Below are positions 29,884 through 39,651 of a DNA stretch of 64,000 nt, piece after piece. The translations under genes were made by a program, and so were the position numbers. Below the pieces are notes generated by a model. That model worked only from the letters and a program-made list of their open reading frames with translations. It was not told where the DNA came from and did not search any database. This DNA comes from an uncultured Rhizobacter sp. (GTDB lineage: Bacteria; Pseudomonadota; Gammaproteobacteria; Burkholderiales; Burkholderiaceae_C). Each line of letters opens with the position of its first letter. The stretch's first letter is position 1. Location: the NCBI GenBank assembly GCA_964247075.1, contig CAXTSS010000003.1:206353-270352 (forward strand). The letters run 5' to 3'.

Positions 29884-31377
29884 ATGAAGCCACAACAACT
29901 ATCACTGAACACCGCCGCGTCGGAGGACGCGATCCACGGCGCCGCACGGAACGTCTGCGCTGCGATCCCGACGCTCACCGCGATCGCCATCGCGATCGCC
30001 TCCAGCGCGGTCCTGATGCTCTCCGGGTGCGCCAGCAGCGCCGGCATCGCGCCGGTCGCGCAGATCAGCGCACCGGCCGACGTCGGCCTCGACGCCGCCG
30101 CAGCGACGCCGGTTGTCGCCGCCGACTGGTGGCGCGCCTTCGGCGACACCACGCTCGACGGCCTGGTCGATCGCGCGCTCGCCGGCAACCCGGGCCTGAA
30201 GGTCGCGCAGGCGCGGCTCGCGCGTGCCGAGGCCGCGGTCGGCGGCGCCAAGTCGGCCGAAGGCGTGCAGGTCAACGGCTCCTTCGATTCGACGCGCCAG
30301 CGCTTCAGCGGCAACAGCATCTACCCGCCGCCGCTCGGTGGCGGCATCTACACGCTGAGCACGGCGCAGATCGGCGCGTCGTGGGAATTCGACTTCTTCG
30401 GCCGCAACCGCGCCGCGATCGAAGCCGCGGTCGGCACGCAACGCGCGGCCGAGGCCGAGGTGCAGGCCGCGCGCGTGATGCTCGCCGCCAACGTGGCGCG
30501 CACCTATGTGCAGCTCGGCCGGCTGTTCGAGCAACGCGACGTGGCCGCGCGCTCGCTCAAGCAACGCGACGACACGCTCACGCTGATCAAGCAGCGCGTG
30601 CAGGGCGGGCTCGACACGGCCGTCGAGCAGCGCCAGGGCGAGGGCGCGTTGCCCGAGACGCGCCAGCAGATCGAGCAGCTCGACGAGCAGATCGCGCTGG
30701 CCCGCCACGCACTCGCCGCATTGACGGCGCAGGCACCCAACGCGCTCGACAACCTGACCGTGCCGCTGGGCGCGGTGAAAGCCGTCGCGATGCCAGCGAC
30801 CTTGCCGGCCGACCTGCTCGGCCGCCGCGCCGACATCACCGCCGCGCGCTGGCGCATCGAGGCCGCCACGAGCGACATGAAGAGCGCGAAAGCGCAGTTC
30901 TATCCGAACATCAACCTGACCGCGTTCGTCGGCCTGCAGAGCATCGGGCTCGATCGCCTGATCAAGTCGGGTGCCGAGCAGTACGGCGCCGGCCCGGCGA
31001 TCCGCCTGCCGATCTTCGACTCGGGTCGCCTGCGCGCCAACCTGAAGGTGAAGGCCGCCGATCTCGACGCCGCGGTCGAGAGTTACAACGGCGCCGTGCT
31101 CGACGCGGTGCACGACGTGGCCGACCAACTCGCCTCGCTGAGCTCGGTGGATCGCCAGCAGACCGAGCAAGGGCGCGCGCAGGCCGCGGCCGAATCGGCC
31201 TACGACCTCGCCACGCAACGCTACAAGGCCGGCCTCGGCACCTACCTCACGGTGCTCAATGCCGAATCCTCGGTCCTGAGCCAGCGCCGCCAGGCAGCCG
31301 ACCTGAAGGCGCGCGCGCTCGACGCGCAGATCGCGCTCATTCGCGCATTGGGTGGCGGTTACGTCGCCGGCGCCTGA
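29884..31377 (+). CDS. Efflux outer-membrane factor lipoprotein (NodT family)
   Basis: Lipobox LSGC, WWRAFGD..LDGLV..AL..NP, LPADLLGRRADI, ALIRALGGG; start uncertain (29845 or 29884). Confidence 0.9.
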   Translation: MKPQQLSLNTAASEDAIHGAARNVCAAIPTLTAIAIAIASSAVLMLSGCASSAGIAPVAQISAPADVGLDAAAATPVVAADWWRAFGDTTLDGLVDRALAGNPGLKVAQARLARAEAAVGGAKSAEGVQVNGSFDSTRQRFSGNSIYPPPLGGGIYTLSTAQIGASWEFDFFGRNRAAIEAAVGTQRAAEAEVQAARVMLAANVARTYVQLGRLFEQRDVAARSLKQRDDTLTLIKQRVQGGLDTAVEQRQGEGALPETRQQIEQLDEQIALARHALAALTAQAPNALDNLTVPLGAVKAVAMPATLPADLLGRRADITAARWRIEAATSDMKSAKAQFYPNINLTAFVGLQSIGLDRLIKSGAEQYGAGPAIRLPIFDSGRLRANLKVKAADLDAAVESYNGAVLDAVHDVADQLASLSSVDRQQTEQGRAQAAAESAYDLATQRYKAGLGTYLTVLNAESSVLSQRRQAADLKARALDAQIALIRALGGGYVAGA

Positions 31378-31407
31378 ACACACGAACACGAATTCCGGAG
31401 AAACCAC

Positions 31408-32751
31408 ATGTCCACCGCTGAAACCAATCCCGCACCCCAAGGCAACACCGCACGCAAGAAGGCGCTCAGCGCCGTGGCCGTCACCGTCGCCGTCGCCGGC
31501 ATCGCCTACGGCGCCTACTGGGCGCTGGTGCTGAACCACTACGAGTCCACCGACAACGCCTATGTGCAGGGCAACGTCGTGCAGCTGACGCCGCAGATCG
31601 GCGGCACCGTGATCGCGATCAACGCCGACGACACCGACCACGTCAAGGCCGGCCAGCTGCTCGTCAAGCTCGACCCGGCCGATGCGCAGGTCGCGCTCGA
31701 CCAGGCCGAGGCGCAGCTCGCGCAGACGGTGCGCGAAGTGCGCACGCTCTACGCGAACAACAGCACGCTGAAGGCGCAGATCGATCTGCGCCAGGCCGAC
31801 CTGGCCCGCGCGCAGAGTGAAGTGGCCCGCGCGCAGGACGATGTCTCGCGCCGCGCGCCGCTGCTGGCCACCGGCGCGGTCGGCAAGGAAGAGTTCAACC
31901 ACTCGGCCTCGCAGCTCACCGCCGCGAAGAGCAGCGTGATCGCCGCGCAGTCGGCCGTGATCGCCGCGCGCGAACAGCTCGGCTCGAACCAGACCCTGAC
32001 CGACGGCGTCGCCGTCGATCAGCACCCGAACGTGCTGCGCGCCGCGGCGCGCGTGCGCGAGTCCCACCTCGCGTTGCACCGCGCCGAGCTGCTCGCGCCG
32101 GTCGATGGCTTCGTCGCCAAGCGCAGCGTGCAACTCGGCCAGCGTGTTCAGGCCGGTGCGCCGCTGATGTCGGTGATCGCACTGAACCAGCTGTGGATCG
32201 AGGCGAACTTCAAGGAAAGCCAGCTGAAGAACCTGCGCATCGGCCAGCCGGTCACGCTCGAGGCCGATGTCTACGGCAAGAAGGTCGAGTACCACGGCGC
32301 GATCGAAGGCCTGGGCGCGGGCACCGGCGCGGCGTTCTCGCTGCTGCCGGCACAGAACGCGACCGGCAACTGGATCAAGGTCGTGCAACGCGTGCCGGTG
32401 CGCATCACGCTCGACCCGAAGGAGCTCGCCGAGCATCCGCTGCGTGTCGGCCTGTCGATGGACGCGAAGGTCGACGTGAGCAAGACCGATGGCCGCATGC
32501 TGGCCGATGGCTCGCGCGCTTCCACGCTCACGCAGACAGGCGTGTTCGACCAGAACAACACTGCCGCTGATGCCGAGGTGCGCAAGATCATCGCGGCCAA
32601 CGCCGGCGCGGGCTTCAAGGCCAAGGCGGTGGCGAGCGCCGCCAAGACCACCGCCGTCACGGGCGCGGTTGCGGCGACCACCGCATCGTCCGCTGCCTCG
32701 ATGGCGACGCTGGCCGCGGGCGCGAACGTCAACGCGGCCCACGTGAAGTGA
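31408..32751 (+). CDS. emrA: EmrA-type membrane fusion protein
   Basis: ESTDNAYVQG, FSLLPAQNATGNWIKVVQRVPVRI. Confidence 0.92.
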   Translation: MSTAETNPAPQGNTARKKALSAVAVTVAVAGIAYGAYWALVLNHYESTDNAYVQGNVVQLTPQIGGTVIAINADDTDHVKAGQLLVKLDPADAQVALDQAEAQLAQTVREVRTLYANNSTLKAQIDLRQADLARAQSEVARAQDDVSRRAPLLATGAVGKEEFNHSASQLTAAKSSVIAAQSAVIAAREQLGSNQTLTDGVAVDQHPNVLRAAARVRESHLALHRAELLAPVDGFVAKRSVQLGQRVQAGAPLMSVIALNQLWIEANFKESQLKNLRIGQPVTLEADVYGKKVEYHGAIEGLGAGTGAAFSLLPAQNATGNWIKVVQRVPVRITLDPKELAEHPLRVGLSMDAKVDVSKTDGRMLADGSRASTLTQTGVFDQNNTAADAEVRKIIAANAGAGFKAKAVASAAKTTAVTGAVAATTASSAASMATLAAGANVNAAHVK

Positions 32752-32770
32752 CCCGTCGGAGCAGCTGACC

Positions 32771-34378
32771 ATGTCCTCGACTTCTGCCGCGCTGCCAGGC
32801 CCCGGCGCCGCGCCGCCCGCACCGCCGCCCGCGCCGCCCAGGCCGATCGCGTTCGCGCCGCTGAAGGGCAGCGAGCTGGTGCTGGGCACCATCGCGCTGT
32901 CGCTCGCCACGTTCATGAACGTGCTCGACAGCTCGATCGCCAATGTCTCGATCCCGGCGATCTCGGGCGACATGGGCGTGAGCCCGTCCCAGGGCACCTG
33001 GGTCATCACCTCGTTCGCCGTCGCGAACGCGATCTCGGTGCCGCTGACCGGCTGGCTCACGCAGCGCTTCGGCCAGGTGCGCCTGTTCACGATGAGCGTG
33101 CTGCTGTTCGTGATCGCGTCCTGGCTGTGCGGCCTGGCGCCCAACATGGGCATGCTGATCTTCTTCCGGGTGATGCAGGGGCTGGTCGCGGGGCCGATGA
33201 TCCCGTTGTCGCAGACGCTGCTGCTCGCGAGCTATCCCGCAGCGAAGGCCGGCACCGCGATGGCGATGTGGGCGATGACGGTACTGGTGGCGCCGGTCGC
33301 CGGGCCGCTGCTCGGCGGCTGGATCACCGACAACATCTCGTGGCCGTGGATCTTCTACATCAACATCCCGGTGGGCCTCTTTGCCGCCGGGCTGACCTGG
33401 TCGATCTACCGCAAGCGCGATCCGGGGCCGCGCCGCGTGCCGCTGGATGTCGTCGGCCTCGGCCTGCTCGTGCTGTTCGTCGGCGCGATGCAGGTCATGA
33501 TCGACAAGGGCAAGGAGCTCGACTGGTTCTCCTCCGGCCAGATCGTCACGCTGGCGGTGACAGCCACCGTGGCCTTCCTGTTCTTCCTCGCCTGGGAGCT
33601 GACCGACAAGCACCCGATCGTCGACCTGCGCCTGTTTGCGCGGCGCAATTTCGTCACCGGCACGATGTCGCTGTCGATCGCCTACGGCCTGTTCTTCGGC
33701 AACGTCGTGCTGCTGCCGCTGTGGCTGCAGCAGTACATGGGCTACACCGCGACGTGGGCGGGTCTGGCGACGGCGCCGGTCGGCATCCTCGCGATCATCC
33801 TGTCGCCGTGGGTCGGCAAGAACGTCAGCAAGATCGATCCGCGCAAGCTCGCCACCGTCGCCTTCCTCGGCTTCGGGCTGGTGCTGTGGATGCGCTCGAA
33901 CTTCAACGCGCAGGCCGACTTCACGACGATCCTGATCCCGACGGTGCTGCAGGGCGCGGCGATGGCGTTCTTCTTCATCCCGCTGCAGGCGATCGTGTTC
34001 TCGGGCCTCACGCCCGACAAGATGCCCTCGGCCGCGGGCCTGTCGAACTTCGTGCGCATCACCGCGGGCGCGGTCGGCACCTCGCTGTTCACGACGCTGT
34101 GGGAAGACCGCGCGATCCTGCACCATGCGCAACTCACCGAAGCCGTGAACCGCGGCAACGACACGGCCGTGCAGACGATGAACCAGCTCGGCACGATGGG
34201 CCTGAGCGACGAGCAGGCGATGGCCAGCGTCAACCGCATGATCGACCAGCAGGCCTACACGATGGCCGTGACCGACATCTTCTACCTGTCGGCGCTGCTG
34301 TTCTTCGTGCTGATCGCAGTGGTGTGGCTGGCCAAGCCGAAGCCGAGCGCGGCCGCGGGGGGCGTCGGGGCGCATTGA
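32771..34378 (+). CDS. emrB: EmrB/DHA2 MFS efflux permease
   Basis: LATFMNVLDSSIANVSIP..I, QGTWVITSFAVANAI, ~14 TM segments. Confidence 0.93.
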   Translation: MSSTSAALPGPGAAPPAPPPAPPRPIAFAPLKGSELVLGTIALSLATFMNVLDSSIANVSIPAISGDMGVSPSQGTWVITSFAVANAISVPLTGWLTQRFGQVRLFTMSVLLFVIASWLCGLAPNMGMLIFFRVMQGLVAGPMIPLSQTLLLASYPAAKAGTAMAMWAMTVLVAPVAGPLLGGWITDNISWPWIFYINIPVGLFAAGLTWSIYRKRDPGPRRVPLDVVGLGLLVLFVGAMQVMIDKGKELDWFSSGQIVTLAVTATVAFLFFLAWELTDKHPIVDLRLFARRNFVTGTMSLSIAYGLFFGNVVLLPLWLQQYMGYTATWAGLATAPVGILAIILSPWVGKNVSKIDPRKLATVAFLGFGLVLWMRSNFNAQADFTTILIPTVLQGAAMAFFFIPLQAIVFSGLTPDKMPSAAGLSNFVRITAGAVGTSLFTTLWEDRAILHHAQLTEAVNRGNDTAVQTMNQLGTMGLSDEQAMASVNRMIDQQAYTMAVTDIFYLSALLFFVLIAVVWLAKPKPSAAAGGVGAH

Positions 34379-34385
34379 GCCCCGC

Positions 34386-35432
34386 TCACAAGCGCAAGGT
34401 CGCCGCGTAGCCGGTCATTTCCAGGTAGCCGCTGCCGATGCGTTTTCCCGACTCATCGAACAGATCGCTCAGGCCTTCCCAGTAGATCGCGCCGGTGCTG
34501 CCGCGGCTGTCGAGTTCCTGGTCGTCGAGCAGGGCCTGCACGTCGAAGCGGCCGGCCGGCGTGTCGATGCGCCACTGCACCGGATAGCGCGCCTTCGACG
34601 CTGCGCTCTGCCACACGCGGCCCGGCGCGAAGCGCACTGCGTCGGCCGCGAAGTTGCGCACTGGAGCGTCGGCCGCGCGAAAGCTGCCGCCCGCGTACAG
34701 CGCGCTGCCATCGGCGCGCCGAATGCGGTAGGCCATCAGTGCGCTTCCATCGTCCAGGTTCATGCCGATCCAGTCCCAACCGACCGCTTGCGGCGCGAGG
34801 TAGGCGTCGCTCCACTCGTGATCCAGCCAGGCGCGGCCGGTCACGACGACCGGGCTGCCGTCGAGCTTCAGCGTGCCTTGCGCGACCAACTGCGGCTCGC
34901 TGTAGTAGCGACTCGTCTGCTCCGGCAGCGGGCCCTTGCGCGACAACCCGGCCTCGCCTTGCAGCAGCAGCGGCTGCGTCGGCGCGATGCGCAGATCGAG
35001 CGCGAAGCCCGCGTTGTCGCTCGCGACCACGGCCTGGTAGCCGCCGCCGGATCGGCTCAGGCGCCAGTCGCGCAGCACGACCTCGGTATCGCCGAGCCCG
35101 GCCTGCGCGACACCGAAGCCGCTGCGCGCGACGCGCTGGTCGTGACGCAGGCGGCGTTGTGCCAGATCGGTCAGCGCCGCATGCGCGAACACCAGCTCGG
35201 TGGCCGTGAAGCGGCTCGCGCGATCGTTGGCGATGCCGGTGGCCGAACGAAAGAACGTCACCTGAAAGCCCCACAGCCGTGTATCCGCCTTCAGGCTGCC
35301 GGTGATGTACCACCACTCGGTGCGGCTCGCCGGGTGGGCGCCGAAGTCGGCAGGAAAGCGCAGGCCCGGCTCGGCCGCGTGAACGTTCGCGGCGGTGCCG
35401 GCCAGCAGGATCATCAGGTCGCGACGGTGCAT
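34386..35432 (-). CDS. AttH/lipocalin-like hydrolase (often labelled carotenoid 1,2-hydratase)
   Basis: Tat-like MHRRDL, FPADFGAHP..RTEWWY, WLDHEWS, GWDWIG, YWEG, GYLEMTGY. Confidence 0.85.
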   Translation of the reverse strand: MHRRDLMILLAGTAANVHAAEPGLRFPADFGAHPASRTEWWYITGSLKADTRLWGFQVTFFRSATGIANDRASRFTATELVFAHAALTDLAQRRLRHDQRVARSGFGVAQAGLGDTEVVLRDWRLSRSGGGYQAVVASDNAGFALDLRIAPTQPLLLQGEAGLSRKGPLPEQTSRYYSEPQLVAQGTLKLDGSPVVVTGRAWLDHEWSDAYLAPQAVGWDWIGMNLDDGSALMAYRIRRADGSALYAGGSFRAADAPVRNFAADAVRFAPGRVWQSAASKARYPVQWRIDTPAGRFDVQALLDDQELDSRGSTGAIYWEGLSDLFDESGKRIGSGYLEMTGYAATLRL

Positions 35433-35481
35433 GTTCCGAGCATCGCACAAGCGTCGCACACGTCTGATCGACAATGCGCAC

Positions 35482-35679
35482 GTGGCCAAACCCGCTCCCC
35501 GACTCAGCCCCGCCGAGATCGCTCGCGTGATCGAGGTCGCGTGGGACGACCGGCCGCCGTTCAACGCCGTGCTGCTGAGCCACGGCCTGAGCGAGGGCCA
35601 ACTCGTCGCGCTGCTGAAACGCGAACTCACCCCCAATGCTTACAAGCTGTGGCTGCAACGCTCGGGCAAGCGCCGTTGA
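35482..35679 (+). CDS. DUF2805 / TIGR03643-like small protein
   Basis: RVIEVAWDDRPPF....GLSEGQLVALLKREL.PNAYKLW; GTG start; appears short at the C-terminus. Confidence 0.6.
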   Translation: MAKPAPRLSPAEIARVIEVAWDDRPPFNAVLLSHGLSEGQLVALLKRELTPNAYKLWLQRSGKRR

Positions 35680-35744
35680 ATGCGCCGCCGGAATGCGGCA
35701 GACTCAAGAGCACGAATCCCACCGTTCATCCCAAGGAGAAAGCA

Positions 35745-36404
35745 ATGCGTCGATCGTTCAAATGGGCCGCTGCGGCCGTCACCGTGGCCGTGCTCGCTGC
35801 GTGCGGCAGCATGGGCGGCGGCAAGACCGGCATGAGCTTCTTCGTCACCAGCGCGGGGCCGGGCAACGGCGCCGATCTGGGTGGCCTGGCCGGGGCCGAC
35901 AAGCAATGCCAGACGCTCGCCGCCGCAGCCGGCGCGGGCAACCGCACCTGGCGCGCCTATCTGAGCCAGCAGCCGACCCCGAACGTGCCCGGCGTGAACG
36001 CGCGCGACCGCATCGGCAAAGGCCCGTGGATGAATGCCAAGGGCGTGGTCGTCGCGACCGACGTGGCCAACCTGCACGGTGCCAACAACCTCGGCAAGAC
36101 GACCTCGCTGACCGAAACCGGCGCAGTCGTCAACGGCCGCGGCGACACGCCGACCATGCACGACATCCTCACCGGCTCGCAGCCCGACGGCAGCTTCATC
36201 GCCGGCAATGTCAACACCACCTGCGGCAACTGGACGCAAAGCGGCGAAGGCTCGGCGATGCTCGGCCACCACGACCGGACCGGCCTCGACGAGAGCGTTC
36301 CGGCCAAGTCGTGGAACTCGTCGCACATGAGCCGCGGCTGTGGCGCGGATGCGCTGAAGGCGACCGGCGGCGCCGGGCTGTTCTATTGCTTCGCGGCTGA
36401 CTGA
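35745..36404 (+). CDS. Lipoprotein with lectin/endostatin (NC10)-like domain
   Basis: Lipobox LAAC, GADLGGLAGADKQCQ..A, WRAYLS, ARDRIG.GPW, LFYCFA. Confidence 0.75.
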   Translation: MRRSFKWAAAAVTVAVLAACGSMGGGKTGMSFFVTSAGPGNGADLGGLAGADKQCQTLAAAAGAGNRTWRAYLSQQPTPNVPGVNARDRIGKGPWMNAKGVVVATDVANLHGANNLGKTTSLTETGAVVNGRGDTPTMHDILTGSQPDGSFIAGNVNTTCGNWTQSGEGSAMLGHHDRTGLDESVPAKSWNSSHMSRGCGADALKATGGAGLFYCFAAD

Positions 36405-36406
36405 TG

Positions 36407-36473
36407 AAGCCCCTGGGCGAACGAGTACGTTCGCCGATCCCCCGGGGGGATGCGGGCCGGCTTGGGGCGGCCC
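36407..36473. repeat. REP-like multi-hairpin element between convergent genes
   Basis: ggcgaacg-agta-cgttcgcc, atccccc-g-gggggat and gggccg...cggccc stacked; reverse strand begins GGGCCGCCCCAAG. Confidence 0.5.
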
Positions 36474-36507
36474 GGCGCTCGACCCGGCGCCCGGCCCTGA
36501 CCAAGCG

Positions 36508-37494
36508 TCACGCGCGTTCCTTGAGCGCGCGCGTCGCGAAGGCCCAGATCATGCGCGTCGCGTCGGGCCCCATCGCGTCGCTGTAAGGCTGGCCGGCGGC
36601 GCCACCGCTCCACGCGTGGCCGAGCCCGCTGATCTCGCACAGCGTCACGGCAATGCTGGCACCCAGCCGAAAATCGACGACATGAGCCGCGCGCCGCTGG
36701 CCGCGTTGCACGGTGCGCGCAGCAGTGGCCTGCGCGCCGGAGGCATCGGCCCACCACTGTGCTGCCGCGCGACCGTTTGCCGGCGCGACGACACCATCGG
36801 CGCTGCCCTGGATCACGAGCAACGGTGGCAGCGTCGCGCTGGTCGGCAACGGCGCGAGCTTGCCGCGGCCCTGCATCGCGCGCACCGCGGTCGCGGCCGA
36901 ATGGGCCGCGCCGGGCGCCACGCCCGAATGCATCGCGACTGCGGCGAAGCGCTCCGGATATCGTGCACCGAGCAGGGCCGCCAGGCTCGCGCCGGCCGAC
37001 AAGCCGGCGACGACGACGCGCTGCGGGTCCGCACCGTGCAGTGCGCAGGCCTGGTCGATCGCGGCGACGATCAGCGCGGCCTCGGCCACTGCGCGGCCCG
37101 AGCGCACCTCGAACCAGTTCCAGCAGCCTTGCGGGTTCGCGAGACGCTCCTGCTCGGGGCACAGCACGACGAAGCCCTCGCGCGCCGCGAGGTTGTGGAT
37201 GCGCGTGCTGCGCGCGATTGCCGCGGCGTCCTGATGGCAGCCGTGCAACAGCACGAACAGCGGCCGCAGCATGCCTTTGCGCGCACCCGGTGGCTTGAAG
37301 ACCCGATAGCGGCGCGCGCTGCCCGCGTGCACGGCGACACCACTGCTCCAGCGCGCCGACGGCGCGGCCGTGCGCGATGCGCCGCGAGACGCAACGCGCT
37401 TCTTGCCTGCGGCCTTCACGCCCGCGCGCGCCACGCGCCTCAACGTGCGCAGCGTGCGTCGGAAGGACGTGCCGAACAGCGCGCGGCGTGCCAC
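36508..37494 (-). CDS. PHB depolymerase / LpqC-family esterase
   Basis: LHGCHQD, QGCWNWF, AGLSAGA, GHAWSGG. Confidence 0.85.
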   Translation of the reverse strand: MARRALFGTSFRRTLRTLRRVARAGVKAAGKKRVASRGASRTAAPSARWSSGVAVHAGSARRYRVFKPPGARKGMLRPLFVLLHGCHQDAAAIARSTRIHNLAAREGFVVLCPEQERLANPQGCWNWFEVRSGRAVAEAALIVAAIDQACALHGADPQRVVVAGLSAGASLAALLGARYPERFAAVAMHSGVAPGAAHSAATAVRAMQGRGKLAPLPTSATLPPLLVIQGSADGVVAPANGRAAAQWWADASGAQATAARTVQRGQRRAAHVVDFRLGASIAVTLCEISGLGHAWSGGAAGQPYSDAMGPDATRMIWAFATRALKERA

Positions 37495-37497
37495 TCG

Positions 37498-37851
37498 TCA
37501 GATTTTCAGAAGGATCGCGGCCACGGCCAGCGCGGCCGGCACGGCCTGCACGAACAGGATCTTGATGCCCACGGTCATCGCCCCGTAGAGCCCGGCGACG
37601 ACCACGCAGCCGAGGAAGAACAACTGCACCGGTTGCCCGGCCGCGCCCATGCTCAGGCCCCAGATCAGGCCGGCGGCGAGGAAGCCGTTGTACAGGCCCT
37701 GGTTCGCGGCCAGCACCTTGGAGGCGGTGGCGAACTCGGCGGTGTTGCCGAACACCTTGCGACCGAACGGCTTGTCCCACAACACCATTTCGAGCACGAC
37801 GATGTAGAGGTGGATCAGCACCACCAGGCCCACGAGCACGTTGGCAATCAT
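37498..37851 (-). CDS. DUF1304-family membrane protein
   Basis: HLYIVVLEM..W, ANQGLYNGFLAAGL, FVQAVPA. Confidence 0.85.
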   Translation of the reverse strand: MIANVLVGLVVLIHLYIVVLEMVLWDKPFGRKVFGNTAEFATASKVLAANQGLYNGFLAAGLIWGLSMGAAGQPVQLFFLGCVVVAGLYGAMTVGIKILFVQAVPAALAVAAILLKI

Positions 37852-37933
37852 CGGGTTGACCTTTCAGCGTGAGGGAACGCGCGATTCTAGTGGCCGGGTA
37901 TGCTCAGATCATGCCCACCGCGGAGCCGAGACG

Positions 37934-38554
37934 ATGCACAAGAGTCGCATGATGCTGTTGAGCGCCGCGCTGCTCGCGCCGCTGGTCGCGGGTGCACAGC
38001 AGGCGCAGACGACGCGATGGGTGCAGGTGCGTGCCGGCCCGGCGCGCGAGTACCCGCTGGTGATGCGGTTGCCGCCGAACGCGCCGGTGTCGGTGCAGGG
38101 CTGCCTGTCGGACTACAGCTGGTGCGACGTGATCACGCTCGACAACGGGCGCGGCTGGGTCTACGGCGGCAGCCTTGTCTACCCTTACCAGAATGGCAAC
38201 GTGCAGATCATCGAGTACGGGCCGCGCATCGGCCTGCCGGTGGTCAGCTTCTTCCTCGTCAGCTACTGGGGCAGCTACTACCGCGAACGCGCGTGGTACG
38301 GCGACCGCAACCGCTGGGACACGTGGCACCACCAGCATGTCGGGCCCGGCCAACGCCCGCCGCCTCCGCCATACCGGCCGGACGTTCGCCCGCCGCGCCC
38401 ACCGGTGGGTGCGATCCGCCCCCCGCCGCCTCCGCACGGCAATGTCCGACCGCCACCACCGCCTCGGCCCGCCACGCGCCCCGCGCCGCGGCCGCGTCAC
38501 GGGGACAGGGTCGGTCACGGCCACCGGGGCGACCCGCGCCCGCAGCAGCGCTGA
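37934..38554 (+). CDS. Secreted SH3-domain protein with Pro/Arg-rich tail
   Basis: Signal peptide, VRAGPAREYP.V..L, GCLSDYSWCDV, RGWV. Confidence 0.78.
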   Translation: MHKSRMMLLSAALLAPLVAGAQQAQTTRWVQVRAGPAREYPLVMRLPPNAPVSVQGCLSDYSWCDVITLDNGRGWVYGGSLVYPYQNGNVQIIEYGPRIGLPVVSFFLVSYWGSYYRERAWYGDRNRWDTWHHQHVGPGQRPPPPPYRPDVRPPRPPVGAIRPPPPPHGNVRPPPPPRPATRPAPRPRHGDRVGHGHRGDPRPQQR

Positions 38555-38567
38555 CCCGAGCCGCGCG

Positions 38568-39083
38568 ATGAGCGAGCCGGCCAGTGGCCCGTTGCCCTAC
38601 CTGGCCGGCTACCCCGACGAGACGCAGGCACAGGTGCGCGCGCTGCTCGCCAGCGGCGAGCTCGGCGAACGTCTGCAGCGGCGCTACCCGGCGCCGCACG
38701 AGGTGCGCACCGATGGCGCGCTGTACGACTACACGCTCGCGCTGAAGAACCGCTACATGCGCAGCGCCGCGCCGCTCAGCAAGGTCGTGTACGACAACCG
38801 GCTGCATGTGATCCAGAATGCGCTCGGCACGCACACCACGGTCGCGCGCGTACAGGGCAACAAGCTCAAGGCGAAGCGCGAGATCCGCGTCGCCGGTGTG
38901 TTTCGCAGCGCGCCGGCCGAGTTCCTGAAGATGATCGTGGTGCACGAGCTCGCGCACCTGAAGGAGCGCGCGCACGACAAGGCCTTCTACGCGCTGTGCC
39001 AGCACATGGCGCCGGACTACCACCAGCTCGAGTTCGACCTGCGGCTCTACCTAATGGCGCAGGAGCTCAGCCCAGCGAGCTGA
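38568..39083 (+). CDS. YgjP/DUF45-family (M48-like) HExxH protein
   Basis: YLAGYP, VVHELAHLKE..HDKAFY.LC. Confidence 0.85.
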   Translation: MSEPASGPLPYLAGYPDETQAQVRALLASGELGERLQRRYPAPHEVRTDGALYDYTLALKNRYMRSAAPLSKVVYDNRLHVIQNALGTHTTVARVQGNKLKAKREIRVAGVFRSAPAEFLKMIVVHELAHLKERAHDKAFYALCQHMAPDYHQLEFDLRLYLMAQELSPAS

Positions 39084-39651
39084 GCTCGGCCGCGAGGTTG
39101 GCGCGTGCCGCCGCCTCCCACGCCGCGTGCAATTCCGGCGTGCGGTAGATCGCGTCGCGGTCCAGAAACGAGCGCAGCACCGCGGCGCGGCCGGTGCGAA
39201 AGCGCGCCTCGTCGACCCACGCGTATTCGGCGCGCACGCCAGCGCTGTAGGCCGCGTAGTGCGCCGGTGGCTGCCCGAGCACCGAGAGGTCGAGATCGAG
39301 GAACAGCCACGCATCGGTGTCGTTCGCGTCGGCCTGGTGGTGTTGTGTGGCGAGCACCAGCGCGGCGACGCGCTCGACGGCCTCGGGTGCCCAGCCGATC
39401 GCGGTCAGCTCTTTGCGCGCGAGTTCAGCCGATCGCGGTTCGTTGTCGTCGCGCCGCGTGTCATAGATGGCGTCGTGGAACCAGATCGCGGCGGCGATGA
39501 GCCGCGGCTCGCGCGCCAGCCGCTGCCAGTGCGCGAGCCATCGCTGCAGCGCCTCGACGTGGCCGAGCGCGTGGTAGTGGCGCTGCGGCGCGCGGTACAT
39601 CGCAGCGAGCCGGGCTTGCAGTTCGTCGGGCAGCGTGGGTGGCTGCGGCAT
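39067..39651 (-). CDS. Predicted HD-superfamily metal-dependent phosphohydrolase (COG4339-like)
   Basis: RHYH...H, AIWFHDAIYD, FLDLDL..LG, VRAEY. Confidence 0.82.
   Translation of the reverse strand: MPQPPTLPDELQARLAAMYRAPQRHYHALGHVEALQRWLAHWQRLAREPRLIAAAIWFHDAIYDTRRDDNEPRSAELARKELTAIGWAPEAVERVAALVLATQHHQADANDTDAWLFLDLDLSVLGQPPAHYAAYSAGVRAEYAWVDEARFRTGRAAVLRSFLDRDAIYRTPELHAAWEAAARANLAAELSSLG

Noticed and set aside
34386-35432. Carotenoid 1,2-hydratase (crtC) as evidence of carotenoid synthesis
   Set aside because: Motifs and the nearby ABC/FtsX genes fit the AttH/lipocalin family; no crt genes nearby
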